Made by a program: the position numbers and the translations under genes. A DNA stretch of 63,382 bases, filler included, from Dimorphilus gyrociliatus (Eukaryota; Animalia; Annelida), in NCBI GenBank assembly GCA_904063045.1. It is 3 parts of 3 records of this genome, joined end to end, with 100 filler letters (N's around TTAATTAATTAA, not from the genome) between each part and the next. Parts side by side here need not be neighbours in the genome. Positions count along the whole stretch, not along the records: positions 26,753 to 58,199 come from CAJFCJ010000133.1; 2 more parts are not named here. One strand, given 5' to 3'. This document shows, in pieces, positions 36,153-48,307 of this stretch. How positions within the stretch are numbered: the first letter of the stretch is position 1; the number at the start of each line of letters is the position of its first letter. A model generated the notes under the pieces. That model saw only the letters and a program-made list of their open reading frames with translations, made no database searches and had not been told where the DNA came from.

Positions 36153-38159
36153 CTAAAATAATCTGATACATGTTACCAATGGGCTATTATTCAAATAATT
36201 CAACTGTTCCTCATTAAAATCACACCAAAATACTGAAATACATTCTAATGTATCTTTTGTATGGAGGAGTCCATCGCAAATTATTGAAAATCCATTTCCC
36301 ATATTTGTATTATTATCTAAACTTAATACTTTGATGTTTGAACAACATTTTAATAATTTTGCCCAACATTTACAACTTTCCTCATTTAAATCACAATCTG
36401 CAATAGAAATAAATTCTAAAGTCTTTTTAGAGTGAAGAAGTTGATCACAAATATCTGAAATTGAATTTGTCATATTTGGATTTCCAAATAAATCAATTTT
36501 TTTTATATTTTTACATTTTGACAATAAATTTACAAGATTTTTGCCATCATTTTCATTCAAATCACATCTGCCAATTGATATCACTTGTAATGCTTTTTTA
36601 GATACAATAAGACTATTGCAAATATCTGAAAAAACACTTTTAATTTCCAAATCTCCATACAAATATATCTCTTTTATTTTAGAGCAATTTTTCAACAATT
36701 CTGCCAAACATTTGCCTTTTTCCTCATTCAAATTACAATCTCCAATATCGATTTTCTCTAAACTTTTTTTGGAATAATTCAATGCATTCAAAACAGACAA
36801 AAGTGAATTCATAATTTTTGAATTTCCAAATAAATCTATTTCTCTTAAATTGGAACATTTTTCCAACAATTTTGCCAAATGTTTACCTTGTTCCTCATCC
36901 AAACAGCACAATCTAAGGGAAAGTTTTTCAAGAAGGCAATTTGTTTTAAGTAATTGAAGACAAATTTGGCAAAAACCATTTTCCATATTTGAATTCTCTT
37001 GAAAATTCAAATCCTTTATATTTGGACACAATTTCAAAGTGTTAGCCAACCATTGGCACATTCTATCATTCAAATATGAAGATTCAAAATTAAGTTTCTG
37101 TAAATTATTTTTAGACATAGTAAGCCCATTACAAATTTCAAAAAATCCATATCCCATTTTTTTATTCCATCCCAAATCTATATCTTTTATTTTTGTGCAT
37201 TTCATCAATAACTTTCCCAAAAATTTACACTGTTCCTCATACAAAAAACACTTATAGAAACTAATCTTCTCTAAAGTGTTGCTCGATTGATATAATACTT
37301 TAAAAATATCATGAAAACCATCAAAAACACTTGAATTGTATGATAAATCAATTGATTGGATGTCATTATGATTTTCTAAGATTTCAATGCAAGCTTTAGT
37401 TTCTTTTGATGAAGATATTTTTGATTGGAAATTTAAATGACTCATTTCCTTTTTTCTAGTTTTTAACTTTAGATTTCTATTTTCAATTGAGTATTTTACT
37501 TTAATTCTTTTTAACAATTTGAATCTTAAAGATAAATTTTCCATCTGATTTTCCAAAAAATTTAACATATCTTCATCATGTTCTTCTATGTTCTTTATTG
37601 AATCTATTAAAGAATTCTTTCTTTGTATTGAAATCTCTTCTATTTCTGTTCTAATATCTGTAAATGCTTTTTTAATTCTCTCAATGCAAACATTCTCAAT
37701 TCCATCAATTGTAGTCATTAAATTTTGACAATTTTCGTCATTCTTCATTAAGAGTTTATTAGTGAAATTTTCAGTTCTATTTTGACTTTTTATTGTTGTT
37801 ATTTCACATTCTAAATGATTCTCTTCAAAACATTCAGAACATAGATTTTTAATATTATGAGTTTTACAATAGAGAGACAATTCTTTTCCATGATTTTCGC
37901 AGATATTATCAACTATTTTCTGCTGGGAATGCTTTAAAAAATTCTTTTGCAGTCGCCAAATCTTTCCATCCGGAATTGTAGTTTCGTTTTTACATTTAGG
38001 GCACACAACTTTTGACTTGTTAATTGGTAAAATTTTTAGACATTTTAAACAAAAAGTATGTTGACATGAAAGTATCCTTGGATCTTTTTCTACCCAAGAT
38101 TTTAAACAAATACCACATTCAGTATTCTCTTGTCCAAAACCATATTCACCGGTAGCCAT
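36153..38159 (-). CDS. TRIM-like E3: RING - B-box - coiled coil - RI-type LRR array (668 aa, intronless, intact)
   Basis: C3HC4 RING CGIC...CQHTFCLKC...CPKC; B-box CENH...C..H...CSEC...H..C; E/K/L-rich helix; then about 14 alternating 29/28-aa LRRs. Confidence 0.92.
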   Translation of the reverse strand: MATGEYGFGQENTECGICLKSWVEKDPRILSCQHTFCLKCLKILPINKSKVVCPKCKNETTIPDGKIWRLQKNFLKHSQQKIVDNICENHGKELSLYCKTHNIKNLCSECFEENHLECEITTIKSQNRTENFTNKLLMKNDENCQNLMTTIDGIENVCIERIKKAFTDIRTEIEEISIQRKNSLIDSIKNIEEHDEDMLNFLENQMENLSLRFKLLKRIKVKYSIENRNLKLKTRKKEMSHLNFQSKISSSKETKACIEILENHNDIQSIDLSYNSSVFDGFHDIFKVLYQSSNTLEKISFYKCFLYEEQCKFLGKLLMKCTKIKDIDLGWNKKMGYGFFEICNGLTMSKNNLQKLNFESSYLNDRMCQWLANTLKLCPNIKDLNFQENSNMENGFCQICLQLLKTNCLLEKLSLRLCCLDEEQGKHLAKLLEKCSNLREIDLFGNSKIMNSLLSVLNALNYSKKSLEKIDIGDCNLNEEKGKCLAELLKNCSKIKEIYLYGDLEIKSVFSDICNSLIVSKKALQVISIGRCDLNENDGKNLVNLLSKCKNIKKIDLFGNPNMTNSISDICDQLLHSKKTLEFISIADCDLNEESCKCWAKLLKCCSNIKVLSLDNNTNMGNGFSIICDGLLHTKDTLECISVFWCDFNEEQLNYLNNSPLVTCIRLF

Positions 38160-38758
38160 TTTGAATTAGATACTCTTTATTGTCACAGTAACGCTGTAAC
38201 CCTAATGTTAATGGTGTGATCGATTTGTTTTGTATAAATCATAATTCAGCCTTCTATTGGCAATATTTAAATCATGTTGATGAATTATTAATGATTAGAG
38301 AATGCTATTTAACATTCTGTTTGGACTTGTCTATGACTGTTGGAGAAAACTAATAATTAGCATAATCTGAATCTAAATAATCTGGACAACCACATAACCA
38401 GTGGGTTTTTTTAGGGTTTTTATGGATGGGTTTGGGTAAATTTTACCCTTAGGATCCCAAACACCTCGTTTGTCCATGTTCCTCCTCTGCTAGAAATTTA
38501 CTCCCTCCAATAAAATGACAGCTGTGACTTTCTTATAAGAGGCCTATAGCCATTGCACTGGTAGACACTGGTAGACATTTATAATACAGATCAATATAGC
38601 TTTTTTGAGTAGTAAGAGTAGACCAATTAGAGTTTTTGCTTAACAAGTTCTGAAGGTTTAGAGGTCACAGAGGGCACGGATACTCTTAACTATTTTCAAG
38701 GACCTAGTAATTTTCCCGGCTCTTGAACAAATTGGTAAAGACCAACTAGGCATGAAAG

Positions 38759-38774
38759 TAGCGCCCTCTATTGG
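38759..38774 (-). promoter_or_regulatory. CTCF-like motif
   Basis: Minus strand CCAATAGAGGGCGCTA, one mismatch from the CCAC(C/T)AG(A/G)(G/T)GGCGCTA consensus, in AT-rich DNA between divergent LRR genes. Confidence 0.35.
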
Positions 38775-39038
38775 GAATAAGTGTTGTAACTCATTAATAA
38801 TAAAAAGAATGAGAAATTAAACTGAAAATATTCTAGATGGAAAGTTGTTCCAGTTAAATATCACATGATCATAATTTTTCAATAACTTTTACACGAATTA
38901 TGTATTAAAATATCTATCATGATTGAAGAGTTAATCTTTCAGTTGAGAATATGAGTATGAACTGTAAAGTTATTTTTGTAGGTTTAAACATCATTTGAGG
39001 GAATCAGTATCCAAAACTGTAATCTCCAACAGACACAT

Positions 39039-41800
39039 ATGGATTCTTTTGCAAAATTAATATTCTATTGTTCTAATTTAGTGTACATAAATTTATCAGG
39101 AAATCCAAAGATACAGCAGTTACTATCAATAATCTTTGATGAATTACACCATTCTTCTAAAACATTAAAAAAGATTGAAGTCAGTAACTGTAGCATAACT
39201 ATTAAAGAAGGGCATTCACTGGGGAAATTACTTAAAAAGTGCTCACATATAACAGATATTGGCTTGGCATGGAATAAACATATGGGTGAATCATTTGAAG
39301 AAATACTTGATGGATTAGAAACATCATCAGATGTTTTGAAAAATGTTAATTTAAGCTGCTGCTGTTTAAATGAAACAAATGGAAAATCTTTGGGAAAAAT
39401 GTTAAAAAAATGCCCATCTATAACAGAGATTAAGTTGGCAGCAAATAAAAATATTGGTGAATCATTTCAAGAAGTTCTTCAAGGCTTAGGCTCATCTTCA
39501 AAGATATTGGACACCAATGATTTCAGTTACTGTTTTTTGAATGAAGAATATGTGAAATCTCTTGGAGAGTTACTTAAAAACTGTTCACATATAAAGTATA
39601 TTGACTTAAAAGGTAATAAAAACATGGGAAACTCATTCAATTTTGTATCTCAAGCATTGGCTTCATCATCAGAGACCTTGCAAAAGATTCTTCTCCAAAC
39701 ATTTAACTTAAATGTAGAGCAAGGGCTATTTCTAGCAAAGTTAATCAAAAAGTGCTTCCTTATAACAGATGTTAATCTTGTAAGAAATACTAATATAGGT
39801 AAATCATTTACAGAAATATTTGAAGGATTGGAATCATCTTCAGATATTTTGGAAAATATTTTTGTTGGAAGGTGTAAATTTAATGGAGAAGAAAGAAAAT
39901 CCTTAGGAATATTATTTAAGAATTTTGCTAAAGAAGGAGCATTGAATTTGAAATATAAAGATCATTTTTTTAAACATAATGAATTACTTTTAATAAAAAG
40001 TTTAGACCTGTAAATCCTGATAATTCTGAATGGGAATACATCTTCTTAGATGAAACTAATGGAACTTTGACTATTAGAAAGAGTTTGTCTGGAATTATTA
40101 AATGAAGAACAAGGAAAGTCTTTGGGAAAACTTCTTAAAAAGTGTTCTAGCATGAGAGAAGTGAATTTGAAATACTGCATAACAATGGTATGGGTAAATC
40201 TTCTACAGAAATATTCGAAGGTTTAGAATCATCTTCAAAGAGTATGGGAAAAAACGTCCTTGGGAAAAAACGTCCCTGGGAAAAAACGTCCCAGGGTGGG
40301 AAAAAATGTCCCAGTGTGGGAAAAAACGTCCCAAGGTTAGGAAAAAATGTCCCAAGGTTGGGAAAAACAAGTAGTGGGAAAAGATATTTGAATTTTAAAA
40401 AAGATTGCTCTATTTTGGGAACCAATGGCAATATACTGAGAATATAATAATTAATAATGAATATATGTTTATTAAAATGTATTAAAAATGAAAAAAGCTA
40501 AGAATGTTATACAAAGTTTAAAACTTACTAGAATAAAGTATAAAGTATGTTAAGACACTGAGAATTATTTTGAATAGATTAATGCAATCTTCTGCAAGAG
40601 GACATCCCAAACAGCAAATACTTGCTTCTGCTTCTGGATGACACTTTTCTTCTGATACTTCTTTAGCCTTTTTTCTGATAGAAGTTTCTCTACAACTGGA
40701 ATAAGACTTGATTCCTGTTTTAAAATATCTATGAGCATATAAAATGACCCTTTTGCAGGAGTCTTTTCATTATTCTTCTGTGCCATCCTTCAACATCATT
40801 GTTGGTCCTGATGGCAAGACCAAATACAGACCAACAATTTGGTGTCCAAATTGAATGCTTAATCCAAGTACTTTCAATGTATTGGAAAAAATCCAAAAAT
40901 TCATTTCTCTCAAAGGCCTCATCTTTTAGCATGTAGAAACTGTTTAGAATGGCTTCATCTGGAAGAAAAGGTAATGCCAAAACTTGTTTCAGCAGTCCTG
41001 CCTTCTTCTTTTCCATATTATATTGTTGTGTGTATCCCAAATTCTACAATAATTTAATAAAAACATATAAAGAGACAGACCTTTGATGCATTTGGCATGG
41101 ACATAATCTTGGCAGTCATTGCATTTCATCTTTCTCTGTCTGCCATAAAATCTTTTATTACAATTAATACAAACAGGTGCCATTACTAAGTTTCTGCAAA
41201 AATAAATTCACTTTCAACTATCAAATATGGCTGCCTATACAAAAATTATAAATAATAACTCACTGGAAAGAAGTGTTCTTAAACAATGTATAATCTTGTA
41301 ATATTCAATAAACTAAATCAATACCAGAGTTTCAATGCTTAAAAAACAAATTAGCCTGAAAATATGCCAAGAAATGCAAAATTTATCTTTCACTTACAGG
41401 CAAGACAAGGAAATAACTCATTTCTCTTTTAATAGCATTACATAATTCAGAGAAAACTGGTAAAAACATCACAATACATATCCCTTTCTTCAAAAATATT
41501 AATATTTTATTCTATAAATGAAATAAACAGCAAAGAGAAAAACATTTCTGATTATAAGTATAAATAATTATGCCAAGTATATCTTTAGCCAGGCATAGGA
41601 CGTTTTTTCCCAACAATTAGGACGTTTTTTCCCGCCCTGGGACGTTTTTTCCCAGGGACGTTTTTTCCCAAGGACGTTTTTTCCCGACCCCATCTTCAAA
41701 TACTTTAGAAGAGATTGATGTTGTGGGTTGTATATTAAATTAAGAACAAGAAAAGTTTATGAGAACATTATTTAAACAGTATTCCAATACAAAAATGTAA
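39039..41800 (+). pseudogene. RI-type LRR paralog interrupted by a MULE
   Basis: 324-aa open LRR stretch (39039-40013), then breaks. Removing the MULE restores GLESSS-NTLEEIDVVGCILN. Confidence 0.85.
40240..41691 (-). mobile_element. Non-autonomous Mutator element with a 9-bp TSD
   Basis: TSD ATCTTCAAA at 40231-40239 and 41692-41700. Termini G-N5-GGGAAAAAACGTCC with 5-6 subterminal repeats. PHD finger (CINC...CNDC...HAKC) joined to the transposase C-terminus; catalytic core deleted. Confidence 0.95.
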
Positions 41801-43572
41801 GTTTTAAATATTATGATGTATTGGGTTAGTTATTAATGAAATATTTCAGTTATTGGAATGATTTTCAAATACTTTGGAAATAATGGATGTTGGTTGATGT
41901 AATATAAATGAAGATGAGAGATAATTTTTTAGAGTATCAAAGGTCAAATTTGACTTTTGTTGAATTTTTGAACTCGTCCACCCTCTCATATCTGATAATT
42001 GAATTGAACATTACCTAAGTTGTTACATGTTTTGAAAGAACTTAAGTTTACCTCACCTAATTATAGTAATAATTTTATTATGCTTAATTTGCCAACTTGA
42101 TGTAGGAAGTATAAATGCTGAAAGAAAGTAGTTAATCTGAAAACATGTGAAGAAATGTGAAATCTCTGTTCCCCTTATAGACAATACAATGAAATAATTC
42201 ATTTGTCTTTTAATAGCATTATGTAATTCAGAGAAAACTTTTAAACATATTATTATTATAGTTTATAATTATGTAAACAGCATAGAGATAAGTATTTCAT
42301 AACAAAAGTATCAATTGTATTGCCCAGAACATCTTTACATACCCCAACACATTTTTTTCTTAGTATGTTTTTTCTCAAGCCCATCCATTTCTATTATTAA
42401 TACGAAATTTTGAAAATCCCACAATTGGAATATTTTAACCTGAAAATTCAAATATTCTTTTTTCCCTGTTTTTTCATCTTTTTAAGACAAGATTTTTTAT
42501 AAACATCAATAAGGGAAGCTTCCTTATTTAATTCATCAACCAATTGGTAAAAAGATCTGATTATGGTAATGTGATATAATCTATCAAATCAGAATGTCTG
42601 TTTGTTGCTTTCATTTCATGCTCAGTTAAATTGAAGATTGTTGGTACGGTAGTAGAATGAAGGAAAGGTATTTCTGATATCTTTTTTAATGTTGTCCTCC
42701 CATTATTCACATTTGATTGATAAGCTTTACTGTATCCCAAACTCTAAAAATAAATCTAGCTCATTTAATTTGTAGCCAAATTAAAAAATTTATCTCAACT
42801 GAATCTTTCGATAGAGTGCCACAACATTTCAGCCCATTTTAAGGCATGCATACTGTGCACTTAGAAATAATAACAATGATATTTCAACTTTAGATATATT
42901 TGAACTTTAGAAAGGCTTCTATTTTGTAGCAATTATAATACAGAAACGTTTATAGGAATTTTAAATGGGAATTTGGAAAGACTTTTATTTAGTAGAATTA
43001 GATTCCAGAATTTTAGAAAGACCTTTATTTTGTAGGAAATAGATTTTTTGATCATAACAGATTGTTCAACTATGGAATTAACAAAGGAACAAACAGTATA
43101 GAAAAAATGCATGTCAAACTTATTATATCCTATTCAAAAACAGATGAGGCAGGCATGTTTTTGCAGTGCCGCATGTTGGTGTACTGCTCTTGCAGGATCT
43201 GGACAGTTGACCCCATTAGGACAGTTAACCTCTATAGTCACTTACTTGATTTTTGAGTGTTGGTATGCAATATCTTTCTTAACCCCATGGTGGAGTAAGT
43301 GTAGAAAAATACTACTAAAACCATTCAGAAACAGATACCAAAGACTAAGTTTGATGAAGCAGTAGCCTTAAAATCAAATCGGAAAAAAATAGAGAAGAAT
43401 CACCAACATAGAGAAATAATGGAAAAATTCAACAGATTTAGAGAAAAAGCACAGTTGAAAATAGTCCTGAAAAAGAAAATACAGAGAAGTAAAGAAGTAA
43501 TGGATGATGTATATTCACAAGTTGATATTGTCATTAAGTCAAGAATTACAATGCAAATATCATAAGAAAAAC

Positions 43573-43729
43573 TAAAAATCAATTTAAGATTATTAAAAAA
43601 AATTGGACAGTTGAGTCATCTCAATGTGAAATGATCACAGACGTCAACCAATCCAAAGTGCAATGGAAAGGCCTCAGTCTGACGAAGCTACCTTATTGAT
43701 CGTAGCAATTCCTTCTGCCAGGTAAGTAC
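43573..43729 (-). ncRNA. RNU1: U1 snRNA variant, second copy
   Basis: Reverse complement of 29217-29373. Confidence 0.9.
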
Positions 43730-44839
43730 GCTTTTCATGGGTTCACACCTTGAGTATTATTTTAACTTTTGTATCTAGAGATGGCGCAGGGTAGATACAA
43801 AATTAATAGAAGAGTTCAATTTGTGACTTTTTCTCTTTTTAATATATGAACACTGTCTTTGAGAATTAGATATTCAATGGCATATTTTCTACTTAGATTC
43901 ACATGATGTAACAGAAACATTAATGGAATGTCTAAATCAAATTATGATAAATTGGGTTACACAGGAATAGAACAGTAGGTGTTTATATACTTTCAGGTTT
44001 ATCCCTGATATTCAATCATCACCTTGGTGAATTTTGTCTATTTCTTTACTAACAGTAAGTCATAAGGTTCAATATTTAGGAGGATTTATTGAGATACACC
44101 TTGGCCATACCTTATCTATAATGGATCCTAGCTCTGACTAATTGAAATATAATTCAACCATCTATTATTGGGCTTTCTTACATAGATTTTTAGGTAAGAT
44201 TGTTATTAGCTGTGTAGAATAATATAATTAAAGCATAAAATATAATGAAAGCTGTAGATCAGGCGTAGATGACTTTGATACAGACACACCTTGCTTTATC
44301 AACAATACCAATACAGTTGACAACATGGTAAAGTACACACAGCTGTCAAAGCATCTATTGACTTTTCTACTCCATTTTAAGCATAACTCTGAAGCACTAC
44401 CAAATATAGGTCTTATGGTGAGAGAAAGACTATAAGCTATATGATGTAAATCTTTCACAATAAATTTGAATTAAACCAACTATAACTTTATTAATAAACC
44501 CTCACCATGAGCCATAAGACTTAATCTGAAAGCCACTATTATAGCCACAAGGTAATGTTATAGCAATTTTATACCTCATTGAGTACAGTTTTACCATCAA
44601 CAGGTATGGTTTCACTCCCAAAAAATGAGCACTTTTTTATAAGCTTTGTTTGATTTTTTTTATTCTGTCTATTAACTTTTAGTATATTTAACCTCTTACC
44701 CTCTTTTTACTGTTCAACACCTATCCAGTCGTTAATATTTTAATAACTTATACTATTCAAATTAGTTCTTAACAGTAATGTATTACTTATTAACATTATG
44801 CAAAACAGAGAGAATAGAATAATTCAAAAAAAGTCTGTT

Positions 44840-45683
44840 TTAGTCTTGCTCCTTTTTCTTTTTTTGTTTATAATTCCATATGCGGCCAATTTGAGAGAAT
44901 CCTATTATTGCCACTAAAATGTTGAACAAAGGTAAACTTAAAGCTGCCGGAGATATAAGTAGGGAATGTCTTGCCCAGATGCATCCTGCAAAACCAGATA
45001 GGTAACACATTGTCTATCTTATAATTAATCAGTTGATGACAAAAAGAGGTTTGGTTTGACATTCATAACTTCTTATAAAGTGGACAACAGGAGTGTATGG
45101 ACACCGTAAATTTTGATAGGCCAACTTTTAATTAATGGTTATGGTATTTTCTATAAAAAATATATTAGGTATAAACATACCTAACTGCTGTTTTAAAGAA
45201 ATTTATATAAAATGGCAAGTTGAACCTATTATTAAACACTAAAAAAATAAAAAAAGTAATCTTTTTTCATCGTGAAAAGATTTTTAATATTTGGCCTATA
45301 AAAATTTGAGGTGTTCCAACGTACCTGTTGTTTACTTTATAACCACGCGAAAAAATGAAAATACCTATTGCAGCCAGGGAAACAGATTGGGGGAGGCTCA
45401 AATATTCAGCTGGTCGGGCATAGTCAGCTAGACCAGCTATAACTAACCCCTGTAAATACAATCAAAGTTTTATTACAGTAAATAATGTTTATTTAACCAT
45501 TGTATACCCATTTGAAAGTTGGTGCCCAATAAAATGTTATTTTTGGACCTGAAATTACATATTGTTAATAACATCATATTCAAAATTATTCTTTCTACCT
45601 GATTCATGCTTCCGAAACGGTTGTAATCTCCGTGGAACGAATTTACCAATGTTATTTATCAATGATCTATATACCTTTGCCAT
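44840..45683 (-). CDS. MPC2: MPC2, second copy
   Basis: Mirror of 27265-28106; the two 1-nt indels seen lie in intron 3. Confidence 0.92.
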
Positions 45684-47051
45684 TTTGTTCAACCGGTCAC
45701 TATTGATTTTGTTCAAGTTTGAGACCGGTTGATCAAAATGTGGTCTAGTTTTTTTAGTCTATTCAGACATTCAGGATTGAGAAAAAGAAATTGCCAGAAG
45801 ATTGGCAAATTGTAGTTCTACTACTACAATAAGTCAGGACGCTTTCAATAAAATTTATCAAGAGAAGAGACACTTAATGGTGCAAATTCCATAATGGCTT
45901 CATCTAATCTGGGCAAAGAATTTATTTCCTACAAAATAGAGTTCTTTTTGTAAATCAAAATTTACAGGTGTACATTTTTTTATAAAGTCCACTTTATTCA
46001 GGAGATTAAAAAAATAACCATTATTGATTTGAGATAAAAACCAATACATTATTAAGCATAGCTTGTTATAGATTGGAAATCAGACAACCTTTTTCTCAAG
46101 GTTGTCTGGTGTTCACGTAAACCAAATATGTAAAACCCTGGGAAAGATGTTGTTGAAAACGGCAATGATTTTACTCTAATCATAACCTTAAGACCTAACA
46201 TTAAAACTAACCCTAAACCTAACCCTGCCAACAACTAACTTCACCCATCAATGTAAACTTTTAAGCTCCATAAAGCGGAAACCACTAGGCCAATTTGGCT
46301 CAAATTCCATACAGTGGTTCAACTCGTTGATATTTGTAAAAGATTTCAAGTTAATCAGAGATAATTGAATTTTTCTATATTTAGATTGTCAGCAATCTAA
46401 GCCTCTGGATTGGCAAACCCTAACCTCATGACCTAAACCTTCAATTAGGAGCCATCTATGTTTGCTATACATCTTGATTAGCTCAATTATGGTTAATTGG
46501 CTGGTGAGTTCTCTTCTTCCTTTCCCATAGTATACATTTAATGCCATTTTCCTTATGTAGAATCAATCACTGTTCTTTCTCTGTTGAGTACTGTTAGATA
46601 GATGACATTTACTTTCATAATGAAAGTAAAACAGGAAGTTTAAAAGTTGTTGTTTGTACTTTGTTGTATTGTAATTGTAAGAATTTCTGCTTCTTCAGAA
46701 CAGTATTTGTCCTTTCTAATTATTTATCAACTTACCAAAGTACTCAAACAAATAGAAAATGAGTTTCTAGTTCTAAACAAACAAGTTTAAACAACAGGCT
46801 GACATGTTGAAGATGATGTGCCACTTTACTTCCCATGACATTAGGAGTTGTTTTAAACTTCCTTTATATCTAAAAATCTAAGTGTACAATATGCATTTAT
46901 CTCTAAGTGAAAATTGTTTAGTCAGACTGAAGATAAAAACGATTTTGTTTTAATAACTTTATTTCTTTTTTCAAGAAAGAATATAGCTAGATATTTTTTA
47001 TTGGACTGATTGTTTTTTAGCTTTCATGTTTAAATCAACATCTTTGTGGAA

Positions 47052-48096
47052 ATGATGATGAGAATAATTATACTTTTTATCTTAGCTTTTGGTAAATATT
47101 AGATTTGTTTCTTTTCCAATTTATTTTTGTTATAAATTATTTTTTTTTCTAGATTATAGTATGGGAAATTACTGTTTAAATCAACCGGAAAGGATTCATA
47201 TTCACCAATTTTGTCATTCTTATACGGAATGTATTGGTGAAAGTGAAGTTGTTCACTACTGTATTCCCCCAAGAGTTTATAATCATATTGAAAAAAGATG
47301 CGACTAGTATGTTTTAAAATGATTCATTATTGCCTTGATGTTTTTTTGGTTTATTAAAGTTTGAACCTAACCCATTGTTCTTTTTTGTTAGTTCTATATA
47401 TACTCCAGTACCTTGCGGACTTGTGAATGATTGTTCCTTTTTACCAGATGGAAGATATCCAATTGTTGGTGAAGGACATATGTGCAATTGTTTCTTCATT
47501 TGTAAAGGTGGTTTTCATGTGAACTACCAATGCTGTTCAAGTGGTTTGTATGAGAGGAAGAGAGAGAGAGAGGAGTTAATACTCAATAAATGTTTTCCTT
47601 CTAAAACAGGAAACGTTTGGAATGTATACTCTGAAAACTGTGTTTTAATTTCTGATACTCCTCCACCTTGTGGAACAAAGGATAATTATAAAACATCAAC
47701 AACAAACCCAACATCAACAACAGAACCAACAACAACAAGAGAACCAACATCAACACCAAATAAGCCTAACCCAATTAAAAGGAGTAACTCAAATGGTCGG
47801 TAAAAACAATCAATCAATCAATCTATGCATTTTCTTATCTTTGCAGTAGCCAAGATTGTTGCTCCAATAGTATGCTTGCTAGTTCTTCTTATTGCAATAG
47901 TTGTTTTTGCCATCTTCATCCAAAAAAGGTAAAGGGAGGAATTGTTTCATAAAATTTTCAATAAATATTTATATTGTCACGTGACAGGAGATTGCAGAAT
48001 TTGGATAAGACTATCAGCAATATACAACAGAGAGATGTTAATGTTGATATTGAGACAAGCAGTCATTATTACAGTTCCATTTACTCGATCTCTTAG
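47052..48096 (+). CDS. Type-I membrane protein: signal, 2x CBM14 (peritrophin-A), Thr/Pro stalk, TM, Tyr-rich tail
   Basis: MMMRIIILFILAF then intron 47092-47152; YCLNQ...FCHSYTEC...YC...RCD; CSFLPDGRYP...CNCFFIC...CCSSG|NVWNVYSENC; TTEPTTT; VAKIVAPIVCLLVLLIAIVVFAIFIQKR; tail ...HYYSSIYSIS*. Confidence 0.8.
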
Positions 48097-48307
48097 TTGA
48101 CCAACACACCGAGACATTTTTTGCATATCTTATTTTGTCAAAAGATAATATATAACCATCATCATTAGTTATATCTAAAAATAAATTTGAAATTATCAGT
48201 CATAAGTAGCCGTATCTTACTCTTGTGAATATGTTTTCTCATTTATAGTTTGGAGATGAATGTGAAAGCTTTAATTATAAATCTTTCATTACTTATAGGT
48301 AAGACAA

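Larger units (their letters stand above)
42321..46197 (-). repeat. Right arm of ~3.87 kb inverted repeat
   Basis: Reverse complement of 26753-30625. Confidence 0.97.

Noticed and set aside
26753-46197. Inverted repeat as a fold-back (missed adapter) read artefact
   Set aside because: Such artefacts have little or no unique spacer; here there is 11.7 kb of unique spacer and real substitutions between arms. Other mis-assembly is not excluded.
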